Source: Candidatus Microgenomatus sp. (lineage in GTDB: Bacteria; Patescibacteriota; Microgenomatia; UBA8517). Taken from it: a DNA stretch of 64,000 bases. Positions 30,476-40,667 of this stretch are shown here, piece after piece. The translations under genes were made by a program, and so were the position numbers. The stretch is from NCBI GenBank assembly GCA_020724585.1, contig DYGS01000001.1:66893-130892 (forward strand). Direction: 5' to 3'. How positions within the stretch are numbered: the stretch's first letter is position 1; each line of letters begins with the position of its first letter. The notes below the pieces were generated by a model. It had not been told where the DNA came from. It saw only the letters and a list, made by a program, of their open reading frames with translations, and did not search any database.

Positions 30476-31345
30476 ATGAAAAAAATTATATCAACAATTT
30501 TAAGCCTGCTAGCGATTGCCACAATCATATTTATAATTCTTGCATTTCTCGGTTTTTTTAAAAAACAAAAAGCAGGAATTTTAATAGAATCTGAGCCCAG
30601 GTCAAAAGTTTTAATAAATAATGAACTTGTTGGCGAAACTCCCTATGACGGACTTCTAGATGCAGGCGTTGTAAGTGTAAAGGTAATTCCTGATTTGGTT
30701 GAGGGTGTGGTTTTTGATGATTATGAGACAAAGATAAAGCTCGTCCCTGGCGTTAAAACGATCATCAAAAGGTCTTTTAATCAAAACGAGGACATGGCAA
30801 GTATTGTAATCGTTTCCTTTGAAGAGATATCTAAAAATAAATCAGAGGCCGTGATAGTTACAAATCCAACTAATTCTCAGGTTATCATAAACCAAAGGTC
30901 TCATGGTTATACACCTTTAAGTATTGATCTTCCCGAGGGGGAGCATAACTTAGTAATTTCTGCTAATGAATATAAAGAGAAATCCTTGCCCGTAAAAATA
31001 TATAAAGGATATAAACTCACAGCCTATGTCAAACTTGCAAAAGAAGGCGGCAACCAAAACCAAGAAGATCAAAGTCGGTCAGACAGCAATGATACAGTAA
31101 AACCTTTGTTTAGAATAAAGATTAAAAACAATTCGTCTCAGGTAATAGATATCAAAAGCGGGGCCAATATAGGTTTTCCAAAAATTGGCGAGGTAAAGGA
31201 AGGAGAAGAATATGATGTAATAGAGGAAGGAGAGGGTGGAAGTTGGTATAAAATTATTCTCACCAGTGGGCAACAAGGCTGGATTCCATCAGAAGTTACT
31301 ACAAAACTTCAGCAATCCAATTATACATTAAATCCCACTGACTGA
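30476..31345 (+). CDS. PEGA-domain protein with C-terminal SH3b-like domain
   Basis: ESEPRSKVLIN..GETP and TNPTNSQVIIN..GYTPL (PEGA); WYKI..GQQGWI (SH3b). Confidence 0.8.
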   Translation: MKKIISTILSLLAIATIIFIILAFLGFFKKQKAGILIESEPRSKVLINNELVGETPYDGLLDAGVVSVKVIPDLVEGVVFDDYETKIKLVPGVKTIIKRSFNQNEDMASIVIVSFEEISKNKSEAVIVTNPTNSQVIINQRSHGYTPLSIDLPEGEHNLVISANEYKEKSLPVKIYKGYKLTAYVKLAKEGGNQNQEDQSRSDSNDTVKPLFRIKIKNNSSQVIDIKSGANIGFPKIGEVKEGEEYDVIEEGEGGSWYKIILTSGQQGWIPSEVTTKLQQSNYTLNPTD

Positions 31346-32266
31346 TACTCCGGAGTAAAGAATCCAGTAGACAACCACCACCCAAAGGGTGATTGCAATA
31401 ATTAAAGATTTATCTGTTAGAAGTAACTTTTCAGGAGCTTCACTTTTTCCCTCAAAAATTAATGCTTCGTATCTCATGATTCCGAAAATAACAATTGGAA
31501 TTGTTATCATCATTAGTTTATTGATGGTTGTTGCCTTTGAAACTTCGGCCAAAACTAGCCAGAAGTTGATATTGGCTTTGGGACTTTCAAAAAAAGTATA
31601 GAGGCTCCAGCTCATCCAGGCTGCATTTCCAAACATGGTTACATAGCTATTTAATAGCTCTCTGGAGTATTTTGAAAGACTAACTCTAGTTTTTCCTTCA
31701 GTAGCATTTAACAAATTCATTTCGGCTCTTCTTTTTCCTGCCGCCAAAAATAGTGAGGCTGAAACAACACAAAGCAAAAACCAGACTGAAAGATGTGCAT
31801 CAATTACTAAAGCTCCTGCATAGACTCTTAATATAAATCCCGTGGCAATAATTAAAATGTCAATCACATGGAGGTTTTTTAACCCCAAACTGTAAAAAAA
31901 TTGAAGAATTAAATACGCTAAAAGCAATATAAAAAACAAATGATTTAAAGCCTCAGCCAAAATCAGCCCAAGAAAAAGAAAAATCAACAGTTCAAAAATT
32001 GCCAAAAAAACTGGAATTTTGCCAGATGCAATTGGTCTAAACTTTTTTAATGGATGTAGCCTATCTTTTGAGGCATCCATTAGGTCATTAAAAATATATG
32101 TCGCGGATGTTGCAAAAGAAAAAGCCATGAAAGCAATAACTACATTTTGGAAAAGCTCTTTTTCAAAAAGAGCTCCGGTTAAAAAGATTGCGGCAAAAAG
32201 GGCAAAATTTTTAACCCAATGAATGGGTCTTGCTGCAGAAATTACTTGGATCGCCAGGTTAGCCAC
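31328..32266 (-). CDS. UbiA-family decaprenyl-phosphate phosphoribosyltransferase-like protein
   Basis: RPIHWVKN, YIFNDLMD..DRLHPLKKFRPIASG, AGKRRAE. Confidence 0.88.
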   Translation of the reverse strand: MANLAIQVISAARPIHWVKNFALFAAIFLTGALFEKELFQNVVIAFMAFSFATSATYIFNDLMDASKDRLHPLKKFRPIASGKIPVFLAIFELLIFLFLGLILAEALNHLFFILLLAYLILQFFYSLGLKNLHVIDILIIATGFILRVYAGALVIDAHLSVWFLLCVVSASLFLAAGKRRAEMNLLNATEGKTRVSLSKYSRELLNSYVTMFGNAAWMSWSLYTFFESPKANINFWLVLAEVSKATTINKLMMITIPIVIFGIMRYEALIFEGKSEAPEKLLLTDKSLIIAITLWVVVVYWILYSGVSVSGI

Positions 32267-33264
32267 AATATTAATCCTCCAACTATAAAACCTACCCCTA
32301 TAATTGTATATAACTTGTATGTACTATTCAAATTCAAAGCCAAAATTCCCAATATTGCAGTCATTGACCAGTAAACCTGCGAAACCTGTTTTTTGGACAA
32401 GCCAGAATCCAAAAGTTTGTGGTGCAAATGCCCTCGATCTCCCCAAACGGGGGACTTGCCGGATAAAATTCTTCTTATCATGCTATAGCCTACATCTATT
32501 AGGGGAACTCCCAGCACAACAATCAGTGTCCCTACTTTTGTAGTTGAAAGAATTGAGGCTATGGCCAGTAAATACCCCGCCAAAGTAGCCCCGCCGTAGC
32601 CGGGCATTATTTTTTGGGGGAAAACATGCCAAGGAAGAAAACCAGCAAATGCACCTGCTGTTATCCCAGTTAGAATAATTACCGGCCATTGAGTGATATC
32701 CGCCGAATAATAGAATGAAAGGGCTGAAATAGTTATCGCCGAGATAATGACAACACCCGATAATTGTCCATCAATTCCCTTAGCGCCCATGTTAATCATA
32801 TTCATCATAAAAACAATCCAAATCATAGCAAAGATATCAGCAATAATTGGATTTGAAAGGTCGATTATGCCTCCGAATGGATTTGTAATAAAGGATATCC
32901 CAATTCCTGAAAATATTGGAATTGAAGCCGAGAAAAATCCTATTGCAAGTCTTAAATATGGATTTAGGTTGTATCTGTCGTCTAAAAAACCCATGACTGC
33001 AATTACAAGCGCTCCTGCTAAAATTGATATGGTGTGTTTATCCAAGGGCAGAAATATCAAAGCTGTTATTAAAAGAGAAACAAAAATTGGAATGCCGCCT
33101 CCTCTTGGAGTGGGCTTTTGGTGAATGACTTTTGGATGTTTATTTTTTTTAGGATCGTCTATTATTTTTAAGCGCTTAGCCGTTTTAATTACTAAATGGG
33201 TAACTATATATGAGATAAAGGCGGCAAAGATAGTGGGCAGTAGAAAAAGTGTTAAAAATTTCAT
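32242..33264 (-). CDS. WecA/TagO-like polyprenyl-phosphate GlcNAc-1-P transferase
   Basis: PTPRGGG, GFLDDR, GIDGQ, DRGHLHHKL. Confidence 0.88.
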   Translation of the reverse strand: MKFLTLFLLPTIFAAFISYIVTHLVIKTAKRLKIIDDPKKNKHPKVIHQKPTPRGGGIPIFVSLLITALIFLPLDKHTISILAGALVIAVMGFLDDRYNLNPYLRLAIGFFSASIPIFSGIGISFITNPFGGIIDLSNPIIADIFAMIWIVFMMNMINMGAKGIDGQLSGVVIISAITISALSFYYSADITQWPVIILTGITAGAFAGFLPWHVFPQKIMPGYGGATLAGYLLAIASILSTTKVGTLIVVLGVPLIDVGYSMIRRILSGKSPVWGDRGHLHHKLLDSGLSKKQVSQVYWSMTAILGILALNLNSTYKLYTIIGVGFIVGGLILWLTWRSK

Positions 33265-33268
33265 TTTT

Positions 33269-33583
33269 CTAAAACATTCCAACTAAAAATACAATTTTAA
33301 TAATAGTGACAACTGAAAGCAGGGAAACAGAAATAGATGCCACCCAAAGCGACTTTATTAAGAAAATATTATCAATTCTCGTCGTCAATACACTATTTAT
33401 AATTACCACAAAAATTGCAATTAAAGAAGGAATAACAATCATTATTTTCGGAGCAAGTTGATCTTCCGTTTGCGGTAAACCATAAAAAAGTGGGATTTCT
33501 GGGGGAAGCACAAACTGAAATAACAAACCCACAATAATACCCAGAAAACCCAAGATCAGACTTACCTTTTGATTAATAGCCAT
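33269..33583 (-). CDS. Small membrane protein (DUF1648-like)
   Basis: LPPEIPLFYGLP between TM helices. Confidence 0.55.
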   Translation of the reverse strand: MAINQKVSLILGFLGIIVGLLFQFVLPPEIPLFYGLPQTEDQLAPKIMIVIPSLIAIFVVIINSVLTTRIDNIFLIKSLWVASISVSLLSVVTIIKIVFLVGMF

Positions 33584-35043
33584 ATTTGGGAGTCATTAAT
33601 TTCAGTGATTATATAATAGTTTCCTTCTAAAAAGCCATAAAGCTCTGGAAAGGGATATGAATTATCGGTGATAATCACAAATTTAGGTTTGTTTTTGTTA
33701 AGGGCACTTAAAGTTTCATCTTTTGTCGAAAAGTCAATAAAATGATAGTCCGCGACATATTTTGTAGGAGGAAGTCTTCTTGAAAGTGAATAAACCGCCG
33801 ATGAATCATTGCTCCAGACAAAAATTTTATCATTTTTTTGGGATGAGGTTTTTAAAAATTCCGCAATTTTGTAGTTTCTATTAACATTTTTAGAAAAGTA
33901 GTCAAAATATTCGCTTTTATCAATTTTTTGCACAGCAAATTTTAGAAAATTTGAATAATAAGGGGTAGTTGGGTAATACCAAAATTTAAAATAATAGGGG
34001 ACAAAGGCAAATAAAGCGAGCGGAATTATTGCCAAAATCTGTTCAATGTTTTTGTTTGTGAAAAGCATGCCAAAAAGTATCGCTGCAGGTGTAACTGATT
34101 GTAAAAGATAGTGCGGATAAGGTCTTTCGGATAGGGTTACGGCAAAGAGTGTGGCCAGAAGCCAGCCTGACACAAATACAAATTGTTTAGAGAGTTTGTT
34201 TTTAAATAGCCAAAGGACTATAAATCCGAAGATCATGATCGAAAATCTAACCAGAAGCGGCAGATTCCTTTCCAGGAAAGGCTTGGCGACATCTTGTGGT
34301 CTCCAACTGCTGACATAACCAAAATTCTGCTTGAATGCGGCGGTAAGATATTGATTAAATGATCCATTTAAATAAAACCAGAAAAACGATATTAAATGGG
34401 GAATAAAAAATGCTGTGGAAAGGATTGCCAGTTTTTTTACAAATTGCCAGAAGTCAGTCTTTTTTGTGTAAATTAGCCAAAATACAACAATTGCTAAAAT
34501 ATCAAATGCAGCAACAATTTTAAAAAGTGAGGCAATAGCAATAAGTATTCCGCCAAAGAAGATTTTTCTTAAATCATCCCTATTTTTGTAAGCAAGATAT
34601 AATCCCAAAAGAGTAGGAACAATCATAAAATTTTCTGCATTGGCAATATTACCTTCAAGAAGGGGGATGGTGGTGAAAATGCCAAACAGAACAGTTGCAA
34701 CCTTTTGTAGTTTCTCATTTTTGATAAACAGCTCTCTTATAAGTTTCCAGAATAGATAAACAGAAATTAAGCTAAATAAAGCTAAAAGTACTTTAAAGAT
34801 AAACAAGTTGCTGGAGACTGCCGCGGTTAAATAAAGAAGCGGCGGCTTATTGTCATGAAGTCCAAGGTAAAGTGGTATACCCTGCCTAATCCCATGCCCC
34901 AGAGTCATATAAATCATCTCATCGCCATAGTAGTAAGGCTCAAAAAATGATGGAATTCTAAGGATAACTAGTATGGCAAAAAACATCTCAAGCCAGAGAG
35001 GAGTATCAATTTTTGAGACCAACCAATTCCAACTTTTTATCAC
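33562..35043 (-). CDS. GT-C fold (ArnT/PMT-like) glycosyltransferase
   Basis: YGDEMIY, HDNKPPLLY, YPHYLLQ; many TM helices. Confidence 0.8.
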   Translation of the reverse strand: MIKSWNWLVSKIDTPLWLEMFFAILVILRIPSFFEPYYYGDEMIYMTLGHGIRQGIPLYLGLHDNKPPLLYLTAAVSSNLFIFKVLLALFSLISVYLFWKLIRELFIKNEKLQKVATVLFGIFTTIPLLEGNIANAENFMIVPTLLGLYLAYKNRDDLRKIFFGGILIAIASLFKIVAAFDILAIVVFWLIYTKKTDFWQFVKKLAILSTAFFIPHLISFFWFYLNGSFNQYLTAAFKQNFGYVSSWRPQDVAKPFLERNLPLLVRFSIMIFGFIVLWLFKNKLSKQFVFVSGWLLATLFAVTLSERPYPHYLLQSVTPAAILFGMLFTNKNIEQILAIIPLALFAFVPYYFKFWYYPTTPYYSNFLKFAVQKIDKSEYFDYFSKNVNRNYKIAEFLKTSSQKNDKIFVWSNDSSAVYSLSRRLPPTKYVADYHFIDFSTKDETLSALNKNKPKFVIITDNSYPFPELYGFLEGNYYIITEINDSQIWLLIKR

Positions 35044-35063
35044 ATTTTTATTCTAACATAAAA

Positions 35064-36548
35064 CTAGACTTTTTCGGTAACTTTATATTGGATGTATTTC
35101 CCAAGCATCAGTCTTGTATGGGCATCAAGGCCGGGGATAGCTCCAAAAATAAAGCCAACGACGGGCATTAGAACGAATTCCAAAGGAGAAAATACCCTTT
35201 TCCAGTAAGGGGCATCTTTTGGCTTATAAACATTATCTATAAAAATCATAACCAACAAAAAGGCCAAAGATATAGTTAGGATGATTGATGATAATTTTGG
35301 CACCATAAATCCAAGTGCTGTTCTACCAAATGCAGGGTTTATAAGTGTCGGAATTGTAAGCCCTATGGTTATGATAAACCAGTTAACTGGCCACAAAAAA
35401 TGAGCTTTCAGAGCCTGGACAACTCTTGTTGTTTTGTCCCAAAAAGGAATTTTTCTATCTATTAAATAGTTTCTAATGATCCAACTGTCATCAGATGCTC
35501 CCCAAGCCCATCTTTGAATTTGTAAATATTGGTTTTTGAATGTCTGCCAAGTGCTATGCGACTGCACCGCGTCAGCAAAAAGAGGCAGATAAATGGGCTC
35601 AACTTCAACTCCTCCTCCGGCTTTATAAAAAGATTTAAAGAATATTCCCCAATCTTCAGGAATTTTATCAGCATCCCAATAGCCCGATTTGTGAAGCAGT
35701 TTAAAGGAAAGCGAATAATGCCCTGGACCTATTATTAGCCTGTCTTTTCTAGGTAGTTGCGATAAATTCCAAATGGACATCAGAGTATTAAGTACCCTAA
35801 TAGGCGATGGGACTTGCCAGATGTTATTGTAAAAAAGAATAGCTGGTTGCCAGAAATATTTATATCTTTTAGGATTATCCAAAAATTTAAAAGAAAGGGC
35901 AGAAAAATAGTTTTTATTGAAAGTGTGATCCGCATCGCAACTTGTAATTGTAGTGTAGTCAAGATTTTCTCTGTTGTCTTTGATGTAATTTTTGTAATAA
36001 TAAGTTGCTGCAAACCTTTCATTTGAGGCCTTTCCAACGACTTCGCCGGGAACCAGCTTATGAACAGTTTGGATAAAATTATTAAATTTATTTCCAAATT
36101 TAGAGTTTAATGTTTGGAATTTAGTATCTCTATCTTTGAGGGGTTCTTTTTCCTCCATTGCGATAATTACCGTAATCATTTTGGTTGGCAGAGTTTGGGA
36201 AATCAAAGATTGCATAGTTCTTTCCAAAATATGAAGGGGTTCTTTGTATGTTGGGATAATTACTACATGATTTAATTTATTCCAATCTTTAAAAGTTTTT
36301 AAGTCAGATAGCCAATCATAATTTAGAGCCGCCTGAATTTTTAAGTGGGAAACAATTGATGTAACTGCGATCAAAAGTGACTGATAAAACCAATAAACAT
36401 TAAAAAGAAGTACAAAGTAGGCAACAAAATTAGGAAAAACAAAAATACCCCAATAGGGAAGTAAAATCATATTCCAAGAAAAAAAGCCAGGAAGCATTTC
36501 TAAAAGTCTTAAAGTCAATTTTTCATTTCGTTTAATCCAATTTCTCAT
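35064..36548 (-). CDS. Membrane-bound GT2 family glycosyltransferase
   Basis: IPTYKE, CDAD, PED, QIQRWAWG. Confidence 0.85.
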   Translation of the reverse strand: MRNWIKRNEKLTLRLLEMLPGFFSWNMILLPYWGIFVFPNFVAYFVLLFNVYWFYQSLLIAVTSIVSHLKIQAALNYDWLSDLKTFKDWNKLNHVVIIPTYKEPLHILERTMQSLISQTLPTKMITVIIAMEEKEPLKDRDTKFQTLNSKFGNKFNNFIQTVHKLVPGEVVGKASNERFAATYYYKNYIKDNRENLDYTTITSCDADHTFNKNYFSALSFKFLDNPKRYKYFWQPAILFYNNIWQVPSPIRVLNTLMSIWNLSQLPRKDRLIIGPGHYSLSFKLLHKSGYWDADKIPEDWGIFFKSFYKAGGGVEVEPIYLPLFADAVQSHSTWQTFKNQYLQIQRWAWGASDDSWIIRNYLIDRKIPFWDKTTRVVQALKAHFLWPVNWFIITIGLTIPTLINPAFGRTALGFMVPKLSSIILTISLAFLLVMIFIDNVYKPKDAPYWKRVFSPLEFVLMPVVGFIFGAIPGLDAHTRLMLGKYIQYKVTEKV

Positions 36549-38002
36549 ATTCTGGGAAAAAGAGGCTTTGCAACAGCTTTGATGTTTGGTTCTTTAAACA
36601 TATTCTCAATTTTTGTTGATGTCTCTGGCATGAAAGGCTGTAAGTTGTATGCTATATGTATTACAGTTGAAATTACATCTTGTAGAAACTTGTTCAGGTC
36701 ATTACCTGTCAACTTCCAAGGCTCTTCCTTATTAATTTTTTGATCAAGTTCTGATATTTGTGTCCAAATTATTTTAAGTGCTTCATCAAATCTAAAAGTT
36801 TCAATGTTCTTGACTACATCTTTATTCCAATGTTTTAAAACATTGATATGTGATTTAAAGTTAGAATTTTCAGCCAGTTTTGCAATTCTTGAAACAAGGT
36901 TACCTAAACCATTAGCAAGGTCTGCATTATATACATCAGTTAGTTTTTCTTCAGAAAAGTCCCCGTCAGTAAAGGGGTTAAACTTTGCCAAAAAGTAATA
37001 CCTCAGCGCATCTGCTCCAAATTTATTTATTATTCCAACAGGATCAATTACATTACCCAGAGTTTTACTCATTTTTTGCCCATTAACAGTAAAGTATCCA
37101 TGTATAAATAGCTCTTTTGGTAATTCTAAATTTGCAGACATCAAAAACGCCGGCCAGTAAACGGCGTGGAATCTACTAATACCTTTACCAATAACATGAC
37201 AATCAGCTGGCCAATATTTTTTATATTTTTCACTATCCCAGTTGAAGCCAACACCTGTTTGGTATATATTCAATGCGTCAAACCAAACATATATTCGCTG
37301 TAGATTATCGTTTGGAACGGGTACGCCCCAGTTTTTGGCTCTCTCATTACTTCTTGAAATTGATATATCTTGAAGTGGCTCATTTAAAAAAGATAATATT
37401 TCGTTTTTGCGTTCAGTGGGAGTTATTTTTAGTTCATCTGATTTTATTAATTTAATTAGTGGTTCTTGATATCTTGAGAGTTTAAAAAAATAATTTTTTT
37501 CTTTTACTTCTTCAAGTTTTTTGCCAATATGTTCAAAGCACTCACCATTTTCATTTAGTTCTTCTTTTTCATAAAATGTCTCGCAACCAAGACAGTAAAG
37601 GCCAGAATATTCTTTTTCATAAATATCACCATTCTCAAAACATAACTGCCAAAGTTTTTGTGAGGAAGGGAAGTGTTTTTCTTGATCGCTTCCTTTTTGC
37701 CAAACATCAAACTTACAATTTAATTTTTCAACCAACGCTTCAAATAGTTTGTTGTTTTTGTCTACAAACTCCTGAACAGGAACGCCCGCAGTTTCTGCAG
37801 CCTGCACATTTTTCAAAGCATTTTCATCCCCACCTGAAAGTAAAACTACATCTTCTCCAAGAAGTCTGTGATATCTTGCTAAGACATCACCTTGTACAAA
37901 TTCCAAAGCATGGCCTACATGTGGAGCTGCATTTACATATGGAATCGCACAAGTAATGTAATATTTCTTGTCTGACTTGTTGCTGTAAGCTTTTTTGCCC
38001 AT
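36545..38002 (-). CDS. metG: Methionine--tRNA ligase (short form)
   Basis: PYVNAAPHVGHA, YVWFDAL, FHAVYWPAFL, KMSKT. Confidence 0.96.
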   Translation of the reverse strand: MGKKAYSNKSDKKYYITCAIPYVNAAPHVGHALEFVQGDVLARYHRLLGEDVVLLSGGDENALKNVQAAETAGVPVQEFVDKNNKLFEALVEKLNCKFDVWQKGSDQEKHFPSSQKLWQLCFENGDIYEKEYSGLYCLGCETFYEKEELNENGECFEHIGKKLEEVKEKNYFFKLSRYQEPLIKLIKSDELKITPTERKNEILSFLNEPLQDISISRSNERAKNWGVPVPNDNLQRIYVWFDALNIYQTGVGFNWDSEKYKKYWPADCHVIGKGISRFHAVYWPAFLMSANLELPKELFIHGYFTVNGQKMSKTLGNVIDPVGIINKFGADALRYYFLAKFNPFTDGDFSEEKLTDVYNADLANGLGNLVSRIAKLAENSNFKSHINVLKHWNKDVVKNIETFRFDEALKIIWTQISELDQKINKEEPWKLTGNDLNKFLQDVISTVIHIAYNLQPFMPETSTKIENMFKEPNIKAVAKPLFPRI

Positions 38003-38092
38003 GAGCCTATTATACAAGTATCTGATCTATTTTTCCTAGTTTGTGTTATATCTAGTTTGTAAAAGCTTATGACAGCATATATAATATGAGTA

Positions 38093-38818
38093 ATGATCAA
38101 AAAAATTAGCACGGCGTTTCTCGTTATCGCAATACTTTTTGCTGGGGGTCTTTCATTTGTTGATGCACAAGGCAATAACTCTCCAGTCTATCTGTTTGTC
38201 AGCTCAGAAACAAAAACAATCGTTAAGGACGAACCTTTCTCTGTCGATTTACATGTAAACACAATGGGTAATAAGGTCAAAAAGATTAGTACAAGAGTTG
38301 TAATTGAAGGTAAATTCAATAGTCCTTCAGGGTTCACTTATAATAAACATCCCAACCTAAGTACATTGCCCCTGCAATCAAACATCAATCTTGTCAGTTA
38401 CACTGAGAATGAAACACCAACTAAGTTATATGTTGACGTTGTCTTTGATAGCTTTGGTCCAAAATATTTTAATGAAGGTTCCAGCGATATCTATTTATAC
38501 CAAATTAAAGGTAGAATTTCTCAGTCGAGTGATGTTTTGGCCTATATCGATCCTAGATACACAACAGTAGAGATTGACGGTGAACAAAACCCTCTAAACA
38601 TATCTACAACGATGGGTAACCCCCTAAAACTAACGGTTGACTCTACGGCTTCTGAAGAATTGAAAATAGTTTCAGAAAAGATAACCCAGGTTAGTGAAGA
38701 TGTCTCAGAGGTTAAGGATCAAGTCAACACGCAGAAGGAGCAACTGAATGTAATCCAGTCATTGCTGGAAAAAATTAGTTTGTTTTTTCAAAAAATTATT
38801 TCTAGGTTTCAAAATTAA
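38093..38818 (+). CDS. Hypothetical secreted protein (beta-sandwich/cohesin-like domain plus C-terminal coiled coil)
   Basis: Signal peptide ending VDA; beta-rich core; helical tail. Confidence 0.55.
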   Translation: MIKKISTAFLVIAILFAGGLSFVDAQGNNSPVYLFVSSETKTIVKDEPFSVDLHVNTMGNKVKKISTRVVIEGKFNSPSGFTYNKHPNLSTLPLQSNINLVSYTENETPTKLYVDVVFDSFGPKYFNEGSSDIYLYQIKGRISQSSDVLAYIDPRYTTVEIDGEQNPLNISTTMGNPLKLTVDSTASEELKIVSEKITQVSEDVSEVKDQVNTQKEQLNVIQSLLEKISLFFQKIISRFQN

Positions 38819-39165
38819 CTGGTAATTTTCTTTATTTTTTCACTCCAGACATTGGCCCATTCGTCAGCTTCCATTTTTTTTAAAGCCAGTTTAATTCCTT
38901 CTTTTTCAATTTGCTTTTCAAGCACCGCAATTGTTGCAGAAGAAACTTTTAGATTTGTTTTTATGTTTTCGTAACTTCTTCGCTTTTTTAAATAATAAAA
39001 AATTGCCAATCTCTTTGAATAAGTTTCTAGCTCGTTTTTATTAAAAAAGTCCGTGATAAAAGCTCTTTTTTCATCAAAGTTTTTCAAGTCGTCAAGTGTC
39101 TGGATAAAGTTTTTTAGAATAGTCTTGCCTAAATTTTGGTTAATTTTTGTTTTTGAAACGCGCAT
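38815..39165 (-). CDS. TrpR-like (YerC/YecD) HTH protein
   Basis: E...SKRLAI..L..RSYENIKTNLKVSSATIA. Confidence 0.8.
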   Translation of the reverse strand: MRVSKTKINQNLGKTILKNFIQTLDDLKNFDEKRAFITDFFNKNELETYSKRLAIFYYLKKRRSYENIKTNLKVSSATIAVLEKQIEKEGIKLALKKMEADEWANVWSEKIKKITS

Positions 39166-39481
39166 ATATTTCCGCAATTATACCAAGCCCGAAAAGGAGA
39201 ATAAAGTTTAATATATTTCCTACGCCCAAAACTTTTAAAACCATAAAAATAACCAAAACTGTAGATGTAATAAACCCTTGACGCGAATTTCCAAAAATAA
39301 GTGAAAAGGTAAACAAAAGAAGGGCAAAAAGCAGTATAAAAAATAAAATAACTAAAATTCCCGAGGGTTGGGTAAAATAGACAAGTGCAAAAAGGAGCGT
39401 GGCAAGAATAAAAATAATAATCAAGGTAGGAAGAAAATTTTTTCTTTTAAGTATTATCTTTTTCCTTAATTCTTTTTGCAT
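39140..39481 (-). CDS. Hypothetical 4-TM membrane protein
   Basis: Highly hydrophobic 113-aa ORF overlapping the downstream gene. Confidence 0.6.
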   Translation of the reverse strand: MQKELRKKIILKRKNFLPTLIIIFILATLLFALVYFTQPSGILVILFFILLFALLLFTFSLIFGNSRQGFITSTVLVIFMVLKVLGVGNILNFILLFGLGIIAEIYARFKNKN

Positions 39482-39504
39482 AGTATAATCTAATTTAAGT
39501 ATAT

Positions 39505-40401
39505 ATGGAAAGTTTGCTTTTAGTAATTATATTGGCAGTTTTGATCGTTCTGGTGATTTTAATTATAAATCAGAAAAAAACATCCCCAGAGCTTCTGGAA
39601 TACCTAAAATCTACAAACATAAGACTTAATGAACAAAATAAAAATTTTAATGAAAGACTTGATAATGCCGCGAAAGTTATATCTCAAGTCCAGAAAAATA
39701 TTGGAGAATTTAGCGAAATAGGTAAAAGCATGAAGGATTTGCAGGAATTTCTAAATTCTCCAAAACTGCGTGGGAATATTGGAGAACAAGTATTAAAAGA
39801 ACTTTTAAAACAGTTTTTGCCGCATGATAGTTATAAACTTCAATATTCATTTAAAAGTGGAGAAAAAGTCGATGCTGTTGTTTTAACTTCAGGTGGTTTA
39901 ATACCAATTGATTCTAAATTTCCAATGGAAAATTTCAGAAAGCTTCAAGAAGACAAAAGTTATTTAAAAGATTTTGAAAGAGATGTTAAAAAACATGTGG
40001 ATGACATATCCAAAAAATATATAGTTGCGGATGAGGGAACGATTGATTATGCCCTGATGTATATCCCAAGTGAAGCGGTCTACTATGAAATCGTAAATAA
40101 CCAGGTGCTGTTTGATTATGCTGGAGCAAGACGAGTTTTACCTGTTTCTCCAACAACTTTTTATGCATACTTAAAAGCAATATTAATGAGTTTTGAAGGG
40201 CAAAAAATTGAAAAACAAGCAAAAGAGATACTGATCTCTTTGAGATCAGTAAAAAAAGATTTTGAAAAAACAGAAGAAAATTTAGGGGTATTGCAAAAAC
40301 ATTTAACCAATGCCTACAACATGATGAATAATGTCTTTTCCTCCTTTAACACATTGGGACAAAAAATTGACGGTACACAAAAATTAGAAAGTGGTAAATG
40401 A
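39505..40401 (+). CDS. rmuC: DNA recombination protein RmuC
   Basis: KLRGNIGE, IDSKFP, MYIPSEAVY, VSPTT. Confidence 0.92.
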   Translation: MESLLLVIILAVLIVLVILIINQKKTSPELLEYLKSTNIRLNEQNKNFNERLDNAAKVISQVQKNIGEFSEIGKSMKDLQEFLNSPKLRGNIGEQVLKELLKQFLPHDSYKLQYSFKSGEKVDAVVLTSGGLIPIDSKFPMENFRKLQEDKSYLKDFERDVKKHVDDISKKYIVADEGTIDYALMYIPSEAVYYEIVNNQVLFDYAGARRVLPVSPTTFYAYLKAILMSFEGQKIEKQAKEILISLRSVKKDFEKTEENLGVLQKHLTNAYNMMNNVFSSFNTLGQKIDGTQKLESGK

Positions 40402-40406
40402 TATAA
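40368..40406 (+). repeat. Left copy of the direct repeat flanking the TA module (rmuC 3' end)
   Basis: TGACGGTACACAAAAATTAGAAAGTGGTAAATGATATAA. Confidence 0.85.
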
Positions 40407-40412
40407 TTAAGT

Positions 40413-40667
40413 ATGAGAAACTGGAATACTGATACTACGGCGTTTAAAAGCAAGCTCTCTAAAAGAATTTGGGAGCTGTCTCAAATGATTAATTATGGAC
40501 TTAATGGCAAAAGACTTAAACTAGTTGAAATTAAGGATAATTGGAAATTTTTAAAAAATGAGTTAGATACAAATAGGGCGAGAATGATAGAATACTTAAT
40601 ATGGGGAAAAACTTACTCACTCCGAAACAAAAACAGCTTTTGGGGCTTATCTCAGAAGATAAAATAA
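40413..40667 (+). CDS. Small putative antitoxin
   Basis: 84-aa ORF immediately upstream of, and overlapping, an AbiEii-like gene. Confidence 0.6.
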   Translation: MRNWNTDTTAFKSKLSKRIWELSQMINYGLNGKRLKLVEIKDNWKFLKNELDTNRARMIEYLIWGKTYSLRNKNSFWGLSQKIK

